This document shows, piece by piece, positions 47,645-57,464 of a stretch of DNA of 61,912 nt. The notes below the pieces were generated by a model. The model ran no database searches. It was given only the letters and a program-made list of their open reading frames with translations, and was not told the DNA's origin. Where the stretch lies: contig NZBM01000008.1 in the NCBI GenBank assembly GCA_002687905.1, forward strand, positions 1-61,912. The letters run 5' to 3'. Position 1 is the stretch's first letter. The number at the start of each line of letters is the position of its first letter. Source of the DNA: a bacterium (GTDB lineage: Bacteria; Patescibacteriota; Minisyncoccia; Phycocordibacterales; JABMNX01). A program made the position numbers and the translations under genes.

Positions 47645-48562
47645 ATGGTTGCAAAATATAAGCACAAGAACATTACGTGGGTGGATGTTGAATCCCCGAC
47701 TCAAGAAGAGGTGCGCAACTTGATGGAGGAATATAGTATTGACCCGCTTGTTGCAGACGAACTTCTTCTGCCTACGTTAAAACCAAGAGTTGAGGAGCAC
47801 GGAAATCTTATTTATTTAATACTTCACTTCCCTGCCTTCAGACACTCACACCAAGCTTCAATCTCTCAAGAAGTAGATTTTCTGATTGGCAAAAACTTTA
47901 TTATCACTGTTCGTTATGACACTGTGGATCCGCTTCATAAATTCTCAAAAGTATTTGAAGTAAATTCAGTTTTGGACAAGGGAGATATTGGAGAACATGC
48001 AGGTTTTCTTTTTTTCTATATGATACGAAAGCTTTACAAATCTCTTGAGCACGAAATAGAATATATCAATGACGCCCTTGAGTTAATTGAGACTGAGATA
48101 TTTGATGAAGGAAAGTCCAAAGAAATGGTGCGCGCACTCTCAAGTATTGGTCGCGATATATTAAACCTAAAGCAGGCACTCTGGCCACACAGAGATGTTC
48201 TAGATTCTTTTGATGATGCGTCAGCTAGATTTTTTGGAGACGAGTATCACAATCATGCAAAATCAATATTTGGAGAATATTACCGCATACAAAATAGCAT
48301 TCGAGCCCATAGCAATACCTTAAATGAGTTGAGGCAGACTAATGATTCTTTGCTATCAACTAGGCAGAACGAAATAATAAAAACTCTTACTATAATGGCT
48401 TTTATTACCTTTCCTCTCACCCTTATTTCAAGTGTGTTTGGTATGAATACACAATATTTGCCAATAGTGGGGCGAGAGAATGACTTTTGGCTTATAACTG
48501 GTGCTATGCTTGCATTAACCTTCGCATTCTTTATATTCTTTAAGCGAAAGCATTGGTTATAA
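47645..48562 (+). CDS. corA: CorA-family magnesium/cobalt transporter
   Basis: C-terminal two TM helices with the GMN motif (VFGMNTQYLP). ATG 47645 preferred; an in-frame ATG at 47606 lies inside the repeat arm. Confidence 0.8.
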   Translation: MVAKYKHKNITWVDVESPTQEEVRNLMEEYSIDPLVADELLLPTLKPRVEEHGNLIYLILHFPAFRHSHQASISQEVDFLIGKNFIITVRYDTVDPLHKFSKVFEVNSVLDKGDIGEHAGFLFFYMIRKLYKSLEHEIEYINDALELIETEIFDEGKSKEMVRALSSIGRDILNLKQALWPHRDVLDSFDDASARFFGDEYHNHAKSIFGEYYRIQNSIRAHSNTLNELRQTNDSLLSTRQNEIIKTLTIMAFITFPLTLISSVFGMNTQYLPIVGRENDFWLITGAMLALTFAFFIFFKRKHWL

Positions 48563-48563
48563 G

Positions 48564-50033
48564 ATGGATTTTTTAAACAAGTTATTTGGAGCAAAGAAAC
48601 GGGAGGATATACTCCCGATTTACCTTTTTAACTCTTTAACAAAAGAAAAAGAGAGGTTTATAGAGATACTTCCCGGAAATGTAAAAATTTACACTTGTGG
48701 TCCAACGGTTTATAACTACGTAACAATTGGAAACTACAGGTCATATATATTTTCTGACACCTTAAGAAGGGTCTTTGAATACAACAGCTATTCCGTTAAG
48801 CAGATTATTAATATCACAGACGTAGGGCATCTCACTTCTGACGCTGACACAGGCGAAGATAAGATGATGGTAGGCCTTAAACGAGAGGGCTTAACAATAA
48901 ATCTTAAGGGAATGAAAGCGCTTTCCGACAGATACACCAAAAAGTTTAAAGAAGAGCTCAAAAAGCTAAATGCCCGTGAAGCTCTTGAGTATCCACGAGC
49001 AAGCGAGCATATAAATGAGCAAGTCGCGTTTATAAAAACTCTTGAGGAAAAGGACTATATATACAAACTGAAAGACGGAATATATTTTGATACTTCCCTG
49101 CCTCACGATTACGGACAACTTGGTGGCACTACAAAAGATGAGTCAAAGCAAAAAGCCAGAGTAAAAAGGGTTGCTGGCAAAAAGCAACCTCAAGATTTTG
49201 CGCTTTGGAAATTTAATGAGGAAATCGGTTGGGATAGTCCTTGGGGAAAAGGTATCCCCGGTTGGCATATAGAATGTTCTGCTATGTCTAGCAAATACCT
49301 CGGACGACATTTTGACATACACACAGGCGGAGTAGATCATATTGCGATTCACCATAACAACGAAATCGCACAAAGCGAGGCTGCTACCGGCTCAAAGTTT
49401 GTTAATTACTGGCTACACAATGAATTTATAACAATTGATAAACAAAAAATATCCAAATCTACTGGAAACACTATTTTCATTAGGAATTTGGAGGACAAAG
49501 GATATTCTCCACTAGCTTTAAGATATTGGTTTTTGACAGGACACTATCGCTCTTCAATGAATTTCACCTGGGAAGCCTTAGACGGCGCGCAGACCGCCCT
49601 AACTAAACTACACAAAGCTTTTCTTGACCTAGGCAAAGTAAATGGGCGAATTGATGAGAACTATAGAAAAAGGTTTAGTAAGTTTGTAAATGATGATTTA
49701 AACACTCCAAAAGCGATAGCCCTTATGTGGGAGCTAATGGATGATGAAAGTCTTATCGATAAAGACAAAAGAGTTACCCTTCTTGATTTTAACCGAGTGC
49801 TTGGTATTGGACTTTATGAATCTTACAAGCAAATGAAGGAGATTTTTAATAACGAGATAAAGAAGATAGAGGTAAAAGAAGCTCCAAAGAACATCCAAGA
49901 GCTTATAAATGAACGTGAGGAGGCGCGAAACAAAAAAGACTGGAAAGAAGCTGACAGATTACGCGAGGAAATATATAAAGAGGGCTATAAAGTGAGTGAT
50001 ACAGAGAGTGGACCTGAGATTGAGAAGAGTTGA
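48564..50033 (+). CDS. cysS: cysteinyl-tRNA synthetase
   Basis: [42 protein letters not shown]; the HIGH position reads TIGN. Confidence 0.93.
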   Translation: MDFLNKLFGAKKREDILPIYLFNSLTKEKERFIEILPGNVKIYTCGPTVYNYVTIGNYRSYIFSDTLRRVFEYNSYSVKQIINITDVGHLTSDADTGEDKMMVGLKREGLTINLKGMKALSDRYTKKFKEELKKLNAREALEYPRASEHINEQVAFIKTLEEKDYIYKLKDGIYFDTSLPHDYGQLGGTTKDESKQKARVKRVAGKKQPQDFALWKFNEEIGWDSPWGKGIPGWHIECSAMSSKYLGRHFDIHTGGVDHIAIHHNNEIAQSEAATGSKFVNYWLHNEFITIDKQKISKSTGNTIFIRNLEDKGYSPLALRYWFLTGHYRSSMNFTWEALDGAQTALTKLHKAFLDLGKVNGRIDENYRKRFSKFVNDDLNTPKAIALMWELMDDESLIDKDKRVTLLDFNRVLGIGLYESYKQMKEIFNNEIKKIEVKEAPKNIQELINEREEARNKKDWKEADRLREEIYKEGYKVSDTESGPEIEKS

Positions 50034-50061
50034 CCTAATATCTCATAGTGGTACAGTTTGA

Positions 50062-50340
50062 TCCGAACAAAAGTTAGGAGGTATTTCCACGCGTAAACGT
50101 TTTAAGATTCCAGATCTGGAGAGTGACTCTTCGGTTGTATCTAAACTAGGTTGCAGACTGGGCGACGGAGCCGAGCATCCGAGAACTTTTCTGGTAGCAA
50201 GCAACAATCATGTTGTCGGGCGAGTATTCCGAAAGACCTTTGTGGTAACCAGAACGGATATGATCAACCGTGCACACACGTTCACAACTGAAGCCGAGTA
50301 GTAGAGGCCCCAAAAATGAGTTAATCATTCGGGGCCTTCT
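50062..50340. other. GC-rich intergenic island between cysS and dnaB (unassigned)
   Basis: Composition shift; AGGAGG at 50076-50081 with no canonical start after it; hairpin 50305-50337. Confidence 0.3.
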
Positions 50341-50421
50341 TGTTTATATCCCCACAAAGTCCACCTATACACAATAAGAGAGCTTATATAGTCAAGCGAG
50401 TGCTGTGATAATATTTCTTTA

Positions 50422-51801
50422 ATGGCTAATAATTTACGCGTACCTCCTCAAAGTATTGATGCTGAAAAAGCTCTTCTTGGTTCTATTATGCTAAAACCTC
50501 AAGCACTGAATGACGTTATAGACATCATCTCAAGCGATTCATTTTATGCAGAAAAACATCGTATTATATTTTCCTCAATGATTGATCTGTTTGATAAGGG
50601 CGAGCCAATTGATGTTCTCTCACTCTCCACAAAACTTAAAGAGAAAAAACAAGTTGAGCAAATTGGAGGCTCTGGATATCTTAACGACCTTGTGAATACC
50701 GTGCCCTCTGCCGCAAACATTAAACACTACGCAGAAATTGTTCAGAAGAAGCATATGATGCGAAGCCTTATAGGAGTTTCAGATTTAATATCTGACTTAG
50801 GATATCAAGAAGACCAAGATATAGAACAGCTTTTAGATTCAGCACAAAGCCACGTATTTAAGATCACAAACTCCCCTACTCTCCAGAAATTTGTGGCACT
50901 CAAAGACGCCCTTGGTGAGGCTTGGGAAAGATTAGACAATCTTCATAACTCAAAAGAAGGTATGCGAGGAGTATCCACTGGCTACCGAGATTTAGACAAC
51001 CTACTTGCAGGGCTTCAGAAATCAGACTTGGTAATTCTTGCGGCGCGTCCTTCTATGGGAAAGACCGCGCTTGCTCTTGATATCGCAAGGCAAACCGCGG
51101 TAGAGCATGGCACTCCTGTTGGAATATTTTCACTTGAAATGAGCGCACAACAACTAGTTGATAGGATGCTTGCCGCACAATCGCACGTAAACGCATGGAA
51201 ACTCCGTACTGGAAAGCTTTCAGCAGATGAAGAGTTTGAACGCATTCGTCACGCCCTTGATTCCCTATCACATGCTCCAATATATATTGATGACAAGCCG
51301 GCAAATAATGTCCTGCAGATGCGCTCGGTTGCAAGGCGCCTTAAGAGCGAAAAAGGTCTTGGACTAATAATAGTTGATTATCTTCAGTTAATGGCACCAA
51401 CCACAGCTAAAAGTAATGAATCTCTTGTTCAGCAAGTAACAGAAATCTCCCGCTCACTTAAAGCAATGGCGCGTGAACTTGATGTACCTGTTCTGGCTCT
51501 CTCACAGCTATCACGTGCGGTTGAACAACGTCGTGGTCGTCCACGACTCTCTGACCTGCGTGACTCTGGTTCAATTGAGCAAGATGCGGACGTTGTTATG
51601 TTTATACATCGTGACGACAAAATGAATGAGCTTTCAGACAGGCCAAATATTGCAGAGATTTTAATTGAAAAGCATAGAAATGGCCCAACTGGAAAGATTG
51701 AACTTTATTTTGATGACCAAAAAGCCACCTTCCTTTCCGTTGATAAAAGCGATGTAAAAGATTTCGAGAATGTCACAGAAGCTAGCGTAGAGGAAGGATA
51801 A
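50422..51801 (+). CDS. dnaB: replicative DNA helicase DnaB
   Basis: PPQSIDAEKALLGSIM N-terminal domain, ARPSMGKTA Walker A, IIVDYLQLM Walker B. Confidence 0.95.
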   Translation: MANNLRVPPQSIDAEKALLGSIMLKPQALNDVIDIISSDSFYAEKHRIIFSSMIDLFDKGEPIDVLSLSTKLKEKKQVEQIGGSGYLNDLVNTVPSAANIKHYAEIVQKKHMMRSLIGVSDLISDLGYQEDQDIEQLLDSAQSHVFKITNSPTLQKFVALKDALGEAWERLDNLHNSKEGMRGVSTGYRDLDNLLAGLQKSDLVILAARPSMGKTALALDIARQTAVEHGTPVGIFSLEMSAQQLVDRMLAAQSHVNAWKLRTGKLSADEEFERIRHALDSLSHAPIYIDDKPANNVLQMRSVARRLKSEKGLGLIIVDYLQLMAPTTAKSNESLVQQVTEISRSLKAMARELDVPVLALSQLSRAVEQRRGRPRLSDLRDSGSIEQDADVVMFIHRDDKMNELSDRPNIAEILIEKHRNGPTGKIELYFDDQKATFLSVDKSDVKDFENVTEASVEEG

Positions 51802-52412
51802 TGAGCTCCCTTGATAGACTTACAGAGCTTTTCGGAAAACTCCCTGGCATCGGTCCGCGTCAAGCTCGACGTTTTGTATTTTACCTTTTAGCCACACCTG
51901 AGGGATTTAGACGTGAGTTGGCAGATGCAATTACAGGCCTAAGGAGTGATACAAGAAGATGTTCCCTATGTTTTCGCTTTCATAGCGCTATAGATAGAAA
52001 TACGGATATATGTAATACCTGCTCTAATGAGAGCCGTGATAGTTCGCAACTTATGATAGTCGCCAAAGACGTTGATTTTGAAAATGTAGAGCGAAGTGGA
52101 CTTTATAAAGGATATTATTTTGTTCTTGGTGGAACTGTGCCAATACTTTCAAGCGAAACTCCTCGCTACGTTAGAGAAAAGGATCTAATTAAAACTGTTG
52201 ATGGTAGAAAAAAGATGGGTCTAACCGAAATAATACTTGCCCTCCCTGCAAACCCAGATGGTGATAATACGGAGAAATTTGTAAAAAACCTTTTGACTTC
52301 AGAAGAGAATAAATTAAAAATCTCGGCTCTTGGCCGAGGTCTTTCTACGGGATCTGAGCTTGAGTACGTAGATTCAGATACTATACGGAATGCCTTAGCT
52401 AATAGAGGCTAA
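51801..52412 (+). CDS. recR: recombination protein RecR
   Basis: LPGIGPRQARR HhH motif, C4 zinc finger, Toprim domain. Confidence 0.93.
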   Translation: MSSLDRLTELFGKLPGIGPRQARRFVFYLLATPEGFRRELADAITGLRSDTRRCSLCFRFHSAIDRNTDICNTCSNESRDSSQLMIVAKDVDFENVERSGLYKGYYFVLGGTVPILSSETPRYVREKDLIKTVDGRKKMGLTEIILALPANPDGDNTEKFVKNLLTSEENKLKISALGRGLSTGSELEYVDSDTIRNALANRG

Positions 52413-52838
52413 TTACTTTAGTGCTTCAATCTTTACCTTCATAAAAGGCTGCCTGTGTCCGCGTTTCTTGAAATAACGACTTTTTGATTTAAATTTAATT
52501 ACATCAATTTTTTTTGCTTTCCCCTCCTCTAAAAGTGAGCCCTTAACCTTTGCTCCTTTTATATATGGGTCGCCAACGGTGGTGGAATTCTTTCCATCAT
52601 CAACAAGAAGGACCTTATCGAAGGTAACTTTAGCACCCTCTTTCATATCTCCTGTAAGTTTCTCTATTGTTAGGATATCTCCAACCGAAGCCACGTACTG
52701 CTTCCCGCCTGTCTCTATAACAGCAAATTCCCCAGACTCCTTTTTTGGAGCAGCTTTCTTTACTGCAGCCTTCTTAGCCTTTACAGGCGATTTTTTGGCG
52801 GCACTCTTAACTGTTTTTGCTTCGGGCATAACCTCCAT
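52413..52838 (-). CDS. rplU: 50S ribosomal protein L21 with K/A/P-rich N-terminal extension
   Basis: FAVIETGGKQYVASVGD...KKRGHRQPF core preceded by about 35 aa of KSAAKKSPVKAKKAAVKKAAPKK. Confidence 0.9.
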   Translation of the reverse strand: MEVMPEAKTVKSAAKKSPVKAKKAAVKKAAPKKESGEFAVIETGGKQYVASVGDILTIEKLTGDMKEGAKVTFDKVLLVDDGKNSTTVGDPYIKGAKVKGSLLEEGKAKKIDVIKFKSKSRYFKKRGHRQPFMKVKIEALK

Positions 52839-52886
52839 ATCTTACCTATAAAGCAAAAATATGCAAGTCAGAGCGTGGCTCTATAG

Positions 52887-52922
52887 AGCCAAAATTTGCG
52901 ACCCAACCGGTTGGATCGCAAA
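52887..52922. repeat. palindromic box family 1, copy 2
   Basis: AGCCAAAATTTGCGACCCAACCGGTTGGATCGCAAA, 34/36 identical to 57551-57586. Confidence 0.85.
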
Positions 52923-52927
52923 ATTAT

Positions 52928-52955
52928 TTGACTTTGATTATATTTATGATATTAT
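52928..52955 (+). promoter_or_regulatory. sigma-70-like promoter (TTGACT-16 nt-TATTAT)
   Basis: Hexamers read directly from the sequence; no CDS downstream before the terminator at 53173. Confidence 0.5.
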
Positions 52956-52961
52956 GTAGAC

Positions 52962-53198
52962 AGTTTTAAGAGTGACATCACAAAACCCTCCGCACTACTT
53001 CCCATAAAAGATACCTCTCACGACCTGCTAGCAAGGTCGTAAAAGGCCGCAACCGTTGAGGTACCGTAAGGAACCCAAGCTACTTGTATTCGCTAAGCAG
53101 TCGCCTATTTGGTGATAAAGTTTATGAGTCTTGGTGGCCGACGATGGCTCGCGGATTCTGCGCGATCACTAGGCCTCGCTTCGGCGAGGCGGTATTTT
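52962..53198 (+). ncRNA. candidate ~235-nt non-coding RNA of unknown class
   Basis: Promoter upstream; UUCG-capped terminator downstream; GC-rich; internal hairpins (53021-53040; GGTACC-GTAA-GGAACC near 53060; 53148-53166); no ORF of 60 aa or more on either strand. Confidence 0.4.
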
Positions 53199-53200
53199 TT
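53173..53200 (+). terminator. rho-independent terminator with UUCG tetraloop
   Basis: GCCTCGC-TTCG-GCGAGGC then GGTATTTTTT. Confidence 0.7.
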
Positions 53201-54251
53201 ATTCCCCCCTATCAGGTTTATCTAAAACCAGCGGATCAAGATTTGCTGACTCGCCGGTAATTCGCAAAACGTCTTTGTCCATTTTGCCGAGCTCTTTATA
53301 CCCTGTGTTATAGTGGTTCACAGTCGTAGCTAATGAGTTTCCAAGTTTTTTATAATATTCTTCGTAGTTATTTACATGTCTGCCAAGCTCACCCACTCTT
53401 TTCATTATCTCCTGTGCCTGCTTCTCTATTTCAAGCGACTTAAGACCCTGAAGCACGGTTTGAAGATATGCCATAAATGACGTTGGCGATACTATAATCA
53501 CTTTCTTTTGCTGAAACGCATACTCAATTAAATCGCGAGCTGAAGTCTGTACAGCGCCCACTTTATTTACCAAAAGGTCATAATAGACTCCCTCTGAAGG
53601 AATAAACATAAAGGCAAATTCCATTGTGTTTTCATTTGGGCGAATATATTTAGCGGTCTCATCAATTCTGTTTTTAAGATCTTGTTTAAATACTTTCTCA
53701 AGCCGCTTTCTTTCTTCCTTGTCACGAGACTCCAAAATACGATTGTAATTCTCTAACGAAAACTTAGAGTCAACTGGCAAAATCTTATCGCTCTCAAGGA
53801 AAACAACAGCATCCACTATTTCTCCATCCTCAAATTTATATTGCATAGCAAAGCGTCCCGGAGGAAGAACATTCTTTAGCACTGTCTCGAGGTAATACTC
53901 GCCGAGTACGCCACGTTGCTTTGGATTCTGAAGTATGTCTTGGAGATGCTGTAGCTGGTCTGCAAAAGATACAACTTGTTTATTTGTCTCGTCGAGGCGA
54001 GCCAAGCGCTCTGTAACATCGCGAACTATTTTGTCCGACGAGCCAAGTTGCGCTTTTACAGAATCATGAATCTGCTTCGTACTCTCCCCTATCTTTTGGT
54101 TCATCGTTCCGCGAAGCTCTTGTAATTCTTTTTGAAGCATTAAGACTCCTTCAGTTCCATCGCTTTTAGAACCTCTTTTAAATAAAGCAAAAAGCGCTAC
54201 GGCATTAACCAAAAAGGCTATAGCCACCAAAACTATGAGAATATCTGACAT
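53199..54251 (-). CDS. rmuC: DNA recombination protein RmuC
   Basis: N-terminal TM helix plus coiled coil; C-terminal FAFMFIPSEGVY and SPTSFMAYLQ nuclease-like region. Confidence 0.85.
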   Translation of the reverse strand: MSDILIVLVAIAFLVNAVALFALFKRGSKSDGTEGVLMLQKELQELRGTMNQKIGESTKQIHDSVKAQLGSSDKIVRDVTERLARLDETNKQVVSFADQLQHLQDILQNPKQRGVLGEYYLETVLKNVLPPGRFAMQYKFEDGEIVDAVVFLESDKILPVDSKFSLENYNRILESRDKEERKRLEKVFKQDLKNRIDETAKYIRPNENTMEFAFMFIPSEGVYYDLLVNKVGAVQTSARDLIEYAFQQKKVIIVSPTSFMAYLQTVLQGLKSLEIEKQAQEIMKRVGELGRHVNNYEEYYKKLGNSLATTVNHYNTGYKELGKMDKDVLRITGESANLDPLVLDKPDRGE

Positions 54252-54263
54252 TTAGTCATTTTA

Positions 54264-56921
54264 TCATTTGCTGGAGTGCCTCCCAAATATGAAATATTTA
54301 ACGATCTCAATGGCAAGCAGATTTAAAATTCCTATAATCGCAAGGAAAAGAATCTCTCCAAAAGTAAGTGTTGTGATAGAAAGGAGTGCTTGAAGCGGTG
54401 GTAAGGTAAGCGCTGCAAGAAGGAAAAGCGAGCTAAGCCCAAGCGATAGTAGTAGGTAGCGGTTTGAAAAAAGATCTATTTTCCATATAGGTTTGCGAAG
54501 GTTTTTAAATGAAAGTGCAAAGAAAATAGAGTCAAGAGAAAGTGCGGCAAACATAAGTGTTCGTACCTCTTCAATCGGCAGATCGAGTTGTAGAAGCAAG
54601 AAATAAAGTGCAAGCAAGATTATACTTGTGATAATACTTATAATAAAAATTATCTTCTTAATCTCGCTTGTAAGAATTTCTTTTGTTCTGTTACTTCGTG
54701 GATCCCTTTCCATCACATCGCCTGCCCTCGGCTCAAATGCAAAAGCAAAGCTCATAAAGCCTTCCTCTACTATGTTTGCCCAAAGAATTTGTGTCGGTAA
54801 AAGAGGAAGAGGAGCAGAAGCCGCAAGCGCTCCTCCAATCACCAATACCTCACTAAAACTAGTTGAAAGAAGGTAGGCTATTATTTTTTTCAGATTATCA
54901 ATAATGCGACGCCCCTCCGCTATTGCCTCTGTGATAATAGAAAAGCTGTTATCAAGAAGGACTAGATCAGAAGCTTCTTTTGCAACCTCTGTAGCGCTTC
55001 CCACAGCAACTCCGATGTCCGCACTTCTTAAAGCCGGCGCGTCGTTTACTCCGTCCCCTGTCATGGCGACCACCTCTCCCGCGCCTCGAAGAGTCTGAAC
55101 TATGCGAAGCTTTTGTTCCGGAAGCACACGAGAGAAAATACTTACCCTATCAAGTTCTTCAAGAAGCTCTTCATTAGACAATTCATCTATATCAACACCT
55201 CGTAAGACTTCCGCATTCTCATCAGCGATCCCAACTGAAATTGCAATATTTTTGGCGGTTTGAGGGTTATCTCCCGTAACCATAATCACGTGCGCGCCGG
55301 CACTTTTCGCTATTTCAATTGATTTGGGCACATCGGCGCGCACTGGGTCTATAAAAGAGATGAGACCAACAAATGTAAGCCTCTCTGTTACGGTTTTATG
55401 CTCGTCAAAAGATTCAGGGAGAGAATCGTCTTTTATTTTTTTTGTAGCAACTGCAATAAAGCGAAGTCCATCTGCGCTTAGCTTATTTTGTGTATCAAGA
55501 AATTTTTTACGTTCACTCTCTGTAATAGCTTTTGAATGGCCGTCAACGTAGACATATTGAGACTTCCTTAAAAGTGCTTCGGGAGCACCGCTAAAATAAA
55601 GTGTGTTCTCTGATTCTCCTTTGCAATTGTTAAGAGATACTGCAAAGCGTCTTTTTGATTCAAATTGAAGAAGATCCATCCTGGAGCAGCTTTCATCTAT
55701 ACCGTGCTCAGTAAGTCCAGCCTCGATCCCTGCTGTAATTATCGCTTTCTCGATCGGCCTTCCGTGGATATTAATTTTCCCCGTATCATCTCTCGCCCCC
55801 CCAACAAATGCGTCAGATGAGCGTACAGCCATACGAAGAAGCTCTGCATTATCGTTTCTTGCTTCATTTACTTTTCTTCCCATTCCCCAAAGAGTATGCA
55901 GACCATGAAGCTTCATTTTAGCTTCAGTCAGAGTGCCGGTTTTATCTGTAAGAATTGTGGTAGTAGAACCCAAAGTCTCCGCCGCTAAAAGATTTCTCAC
56001 TAAGCCACCTTTTTTTAGTATTGCCTCCATCCCAAGAGCTAGCACGATAGTTACCGCAGCAGGAAGACCTTCAGGCGTTGATGCAACAGCTATTGCAATC
56101 GCAACCAATATCATTTCCCCCATTGCCTCACCACGAAGAAGCCCGATGAGTACAATGCCGATTACAGCCACTCCGATTAAATAAAGTAAGAATCTGGCAA
56201 TTGAGCGAACATTTTGCTGAAGCGGGGTATTTCTTTCAACGTGCTGGTGAAGATGGCGTGCGATTTTGCCAACTTCTGTTTTCATTCCTGTCTCAACTAC
56301 AACCCCTCGCCCAAAACCATTCACTACTAAAGTTCCCATCCACGCCATATTCATTCTTTCTGCAAGAGGTGTACCTGTTTTTTCTATGGCATCTATATCC
56401 TTACTAACTGCAACCCACTCTCCAGTAAAAGCCGCTTCGTTTACTGATAGATTTTTCTCCTTAACTAGTCGTACATCAGCTGGGACATAAGCTCCCCCGG
56501 TTAGCTCTACAATATCGCCCGGCACAAGTTCTTTAGAAAGAATTACTCTTCTTTTTCCATCTCGTATTACGGTTGCGTGTTTTTCTTGCGAGCCGCTTAG
56601 TGCTTCAAATGCCTTTGAAGCGCGACCTTCTTGAAAAGTGCCTATTGATACATTTATTAATATAGCTATGAATATAACTGTCGCATCCAAGTACTCACGA
56701 AGAAAAATTGTGGCAATACCAGCCACAAGAAGTATTAACACAAGTGGGCTTTTAAATTGCTTTAAGAAATTTTTAAATACTCCAAGTCTTTCTTTTGAAA
56801 CTAATTCATTTTTCCCATGGAAAATGAGCCTTTCTTTGGCAATTTCCTCAGCCAGACCTCTTTTTATATCGGTATTTAGATTTGTGGCTACTGCTTTTGC
56901 CTCATTATTTTCCCATTCCAT
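54264..56921 (-). CDS. P-type cation-transporting ATPase (Ca2+-type, P2)
   Basis: DKTGTLT phosphorylation site, MVTGDNPQTA, TGDGVNDAPAL, PEGLP. Confidence 0.9.
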   Translation of the reverse strand: MEWENNEAKAVATNLNTDIKRGLAEEIAKERLIFHGKNELVSKERLGVFKNFLKQFKSPLVLILLVAGIATIFLREYLDATVIFIAILINVSIGTFQEGRASKAFEALSGSQEKHATVIRDGKRRVILSKELVPGDIVELTGGAYVPADVRLVKEKNLSVNEAAFTGEWVAVSKDIDAIEKTGTPLAERMNMAWMGTLVVNGFGRGVVVETGMKTEVGKIARHLHQHVERNTPLQQNVRSIARFLLYLIGVAVIGIVLIGLLRGEAMGEMILVAIAIAVASTPEGLPAAVTIVLALGMEAILKKGGLVRNLLAAETLGSTTTILTDKTGTLTEAKMKLHGLHTLWGMGRKVNEARNDNAELLRMAVRSSDAFVGGARDDTGKINIHGRPIEKAIITAGIEAGLTEHGIDESCSRMDLLQFESKRRFAVSLNNCKGESENTLYFSGAPEALLRKSQYVYVDGHSKAITESERKKFLDTQNKLSADGLRFIAVATKKIKDDSLPESFDEHKTVTERLTFVGLISFIDPVRADVPKSIEIAKSAGAHVIMVTGDNPQTAKNIAISVGIADENAEVLRGVDIDELSNEELLEELDRVSIFSRVLPEQKLRIVQTLRGAGEVVAMTGDGVNDAPALRSADIGVAVGSATEVAKEASDLVLLDNSFSIITEAIAEGRRIIDNLKKIIAYLLSTSFSEVLVIGGALAASAPLPLLPTQILWANIVEEGFMSFAFAFEPRAGDVMERDPRSNRTKEILTSEIKKIIFIISIITSIILLALYFLLLQLDLPIEEVRTLMFAALSLDSIFFALSFKNLRKPIWKIDLFSNRYLLLSLGLSSLFLLAALTLPPLQALLSITTLTFGEILFLAIIGILNLLAIEIVKYFIFGRHSSK

Positions 56922-56972
56922 CTGGACAGTATAGCAGTTGCACTGACCCCAGTGACTGCTACAATTCCCACA

Positions 56973-57425
56973 ATGTTACAAAACCAAATTAAAGAAGAAA
57001 TGCGAGACGCGATGAAAGCGCGTCATGAGGTTAAGCTAAGAGTTCTCCGTGGCATTATGGCCGCTTTTACTAATGAGCTTGTAGCCAAAAAAAGAAAGCC
57101 CGACGAAGAGCTTTCTGACGACGAAGCTCTCTTGGTAATAAAGAGAGCTGCAAAGCAGAGACAGGATTCTATTGAACAATTTAATAAAGGAGGGCGAACG
57201 GATTTAGCCGAGACCGAAGAAGAGGAGCTTAAAGTTCTTGAAGGATATATGCCAGAGATGATGGGCGAAGACGAAATAAGAAAAGTAGCTGAAGCCAAAA
57301 AAACAGAGCTTGGAGTAGATGACAAAGCTAAAATGGGAATGCTAATGGGTGCAGTTATGTCTGAACTAAAAGGCAAGGCGGATGGAAATTCTGTGAAAGC
57401 AGTAATCGAGTCAATGTTTATATGA
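56973..57425 (+). CDS. GatB/YqeY domain protein
   Basis: LQNQIKEEMRDAMKARHEVKLRVLRGI...LSDDEALLVIKRAAKQRQDSIEQF; ATG 56973 preferred over GTG 56952. Confidence 0.8.
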   Translation: MLQNQIKEEMRDAMKARHEVKLRVLRGIMAAFTNELVAKKRKPDEELSDDEALLVIKRAAKQRQDSIEQFNKGGRTDLAETEEEELKVLEGYMPEMMGEDEIRKVAEAKKTELGVDDKAKMGMLMGAVMSELKGKADGNSVKAVIESMFI

Positions 57426-57436
57426 CCACTTCTTGC

Positions 57437-57464
57437 CCCATTAGAAGCGAGGCTTTCTAATGGG
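57437..57464 (+). repeat. minimal hairpin copy C of the inverted-repeat element family
   Basis: CCCATTAGAA-GCGAGGCT-TTCTAATGGG followed by ATGAAA; the right end matches copies A and B (TCTAAYGGGATGAAA). Confidence 0.6.

Noticed and set aside
50422-51801. Intein or other insertion in DnaB
   Set aside because: At 459 aa with contiguous Walker A/B and helicase motifs, the length is normal.
52962-53198. Assigning the candidate ncRNA, or the 42.6-43.0 kb island, to tmRNA, RNase P RNA or SRP RNA
   Set aside because: I found no tRNA-like T-arm/acceptor pair, no GAGGAAAGUCC-type P4 strand and no convincing SRP domain IV motif. GGTACC-GUAA-GGAACC only loosely resembles the SRP motif, and the flanking strands do not pair. 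The class is left open pending an Rfam scan.
57423-57425. Genome-wide UGA reassignment (code 4/25) as the explanation for the in-frame TGA in yqeY
   Set aside because: Many well-conserved genes here end at TGA with normal lengths (for example mraY, ftsW and ychF). Standard-code ORFs are full length, so TGA is a stop in this genome.
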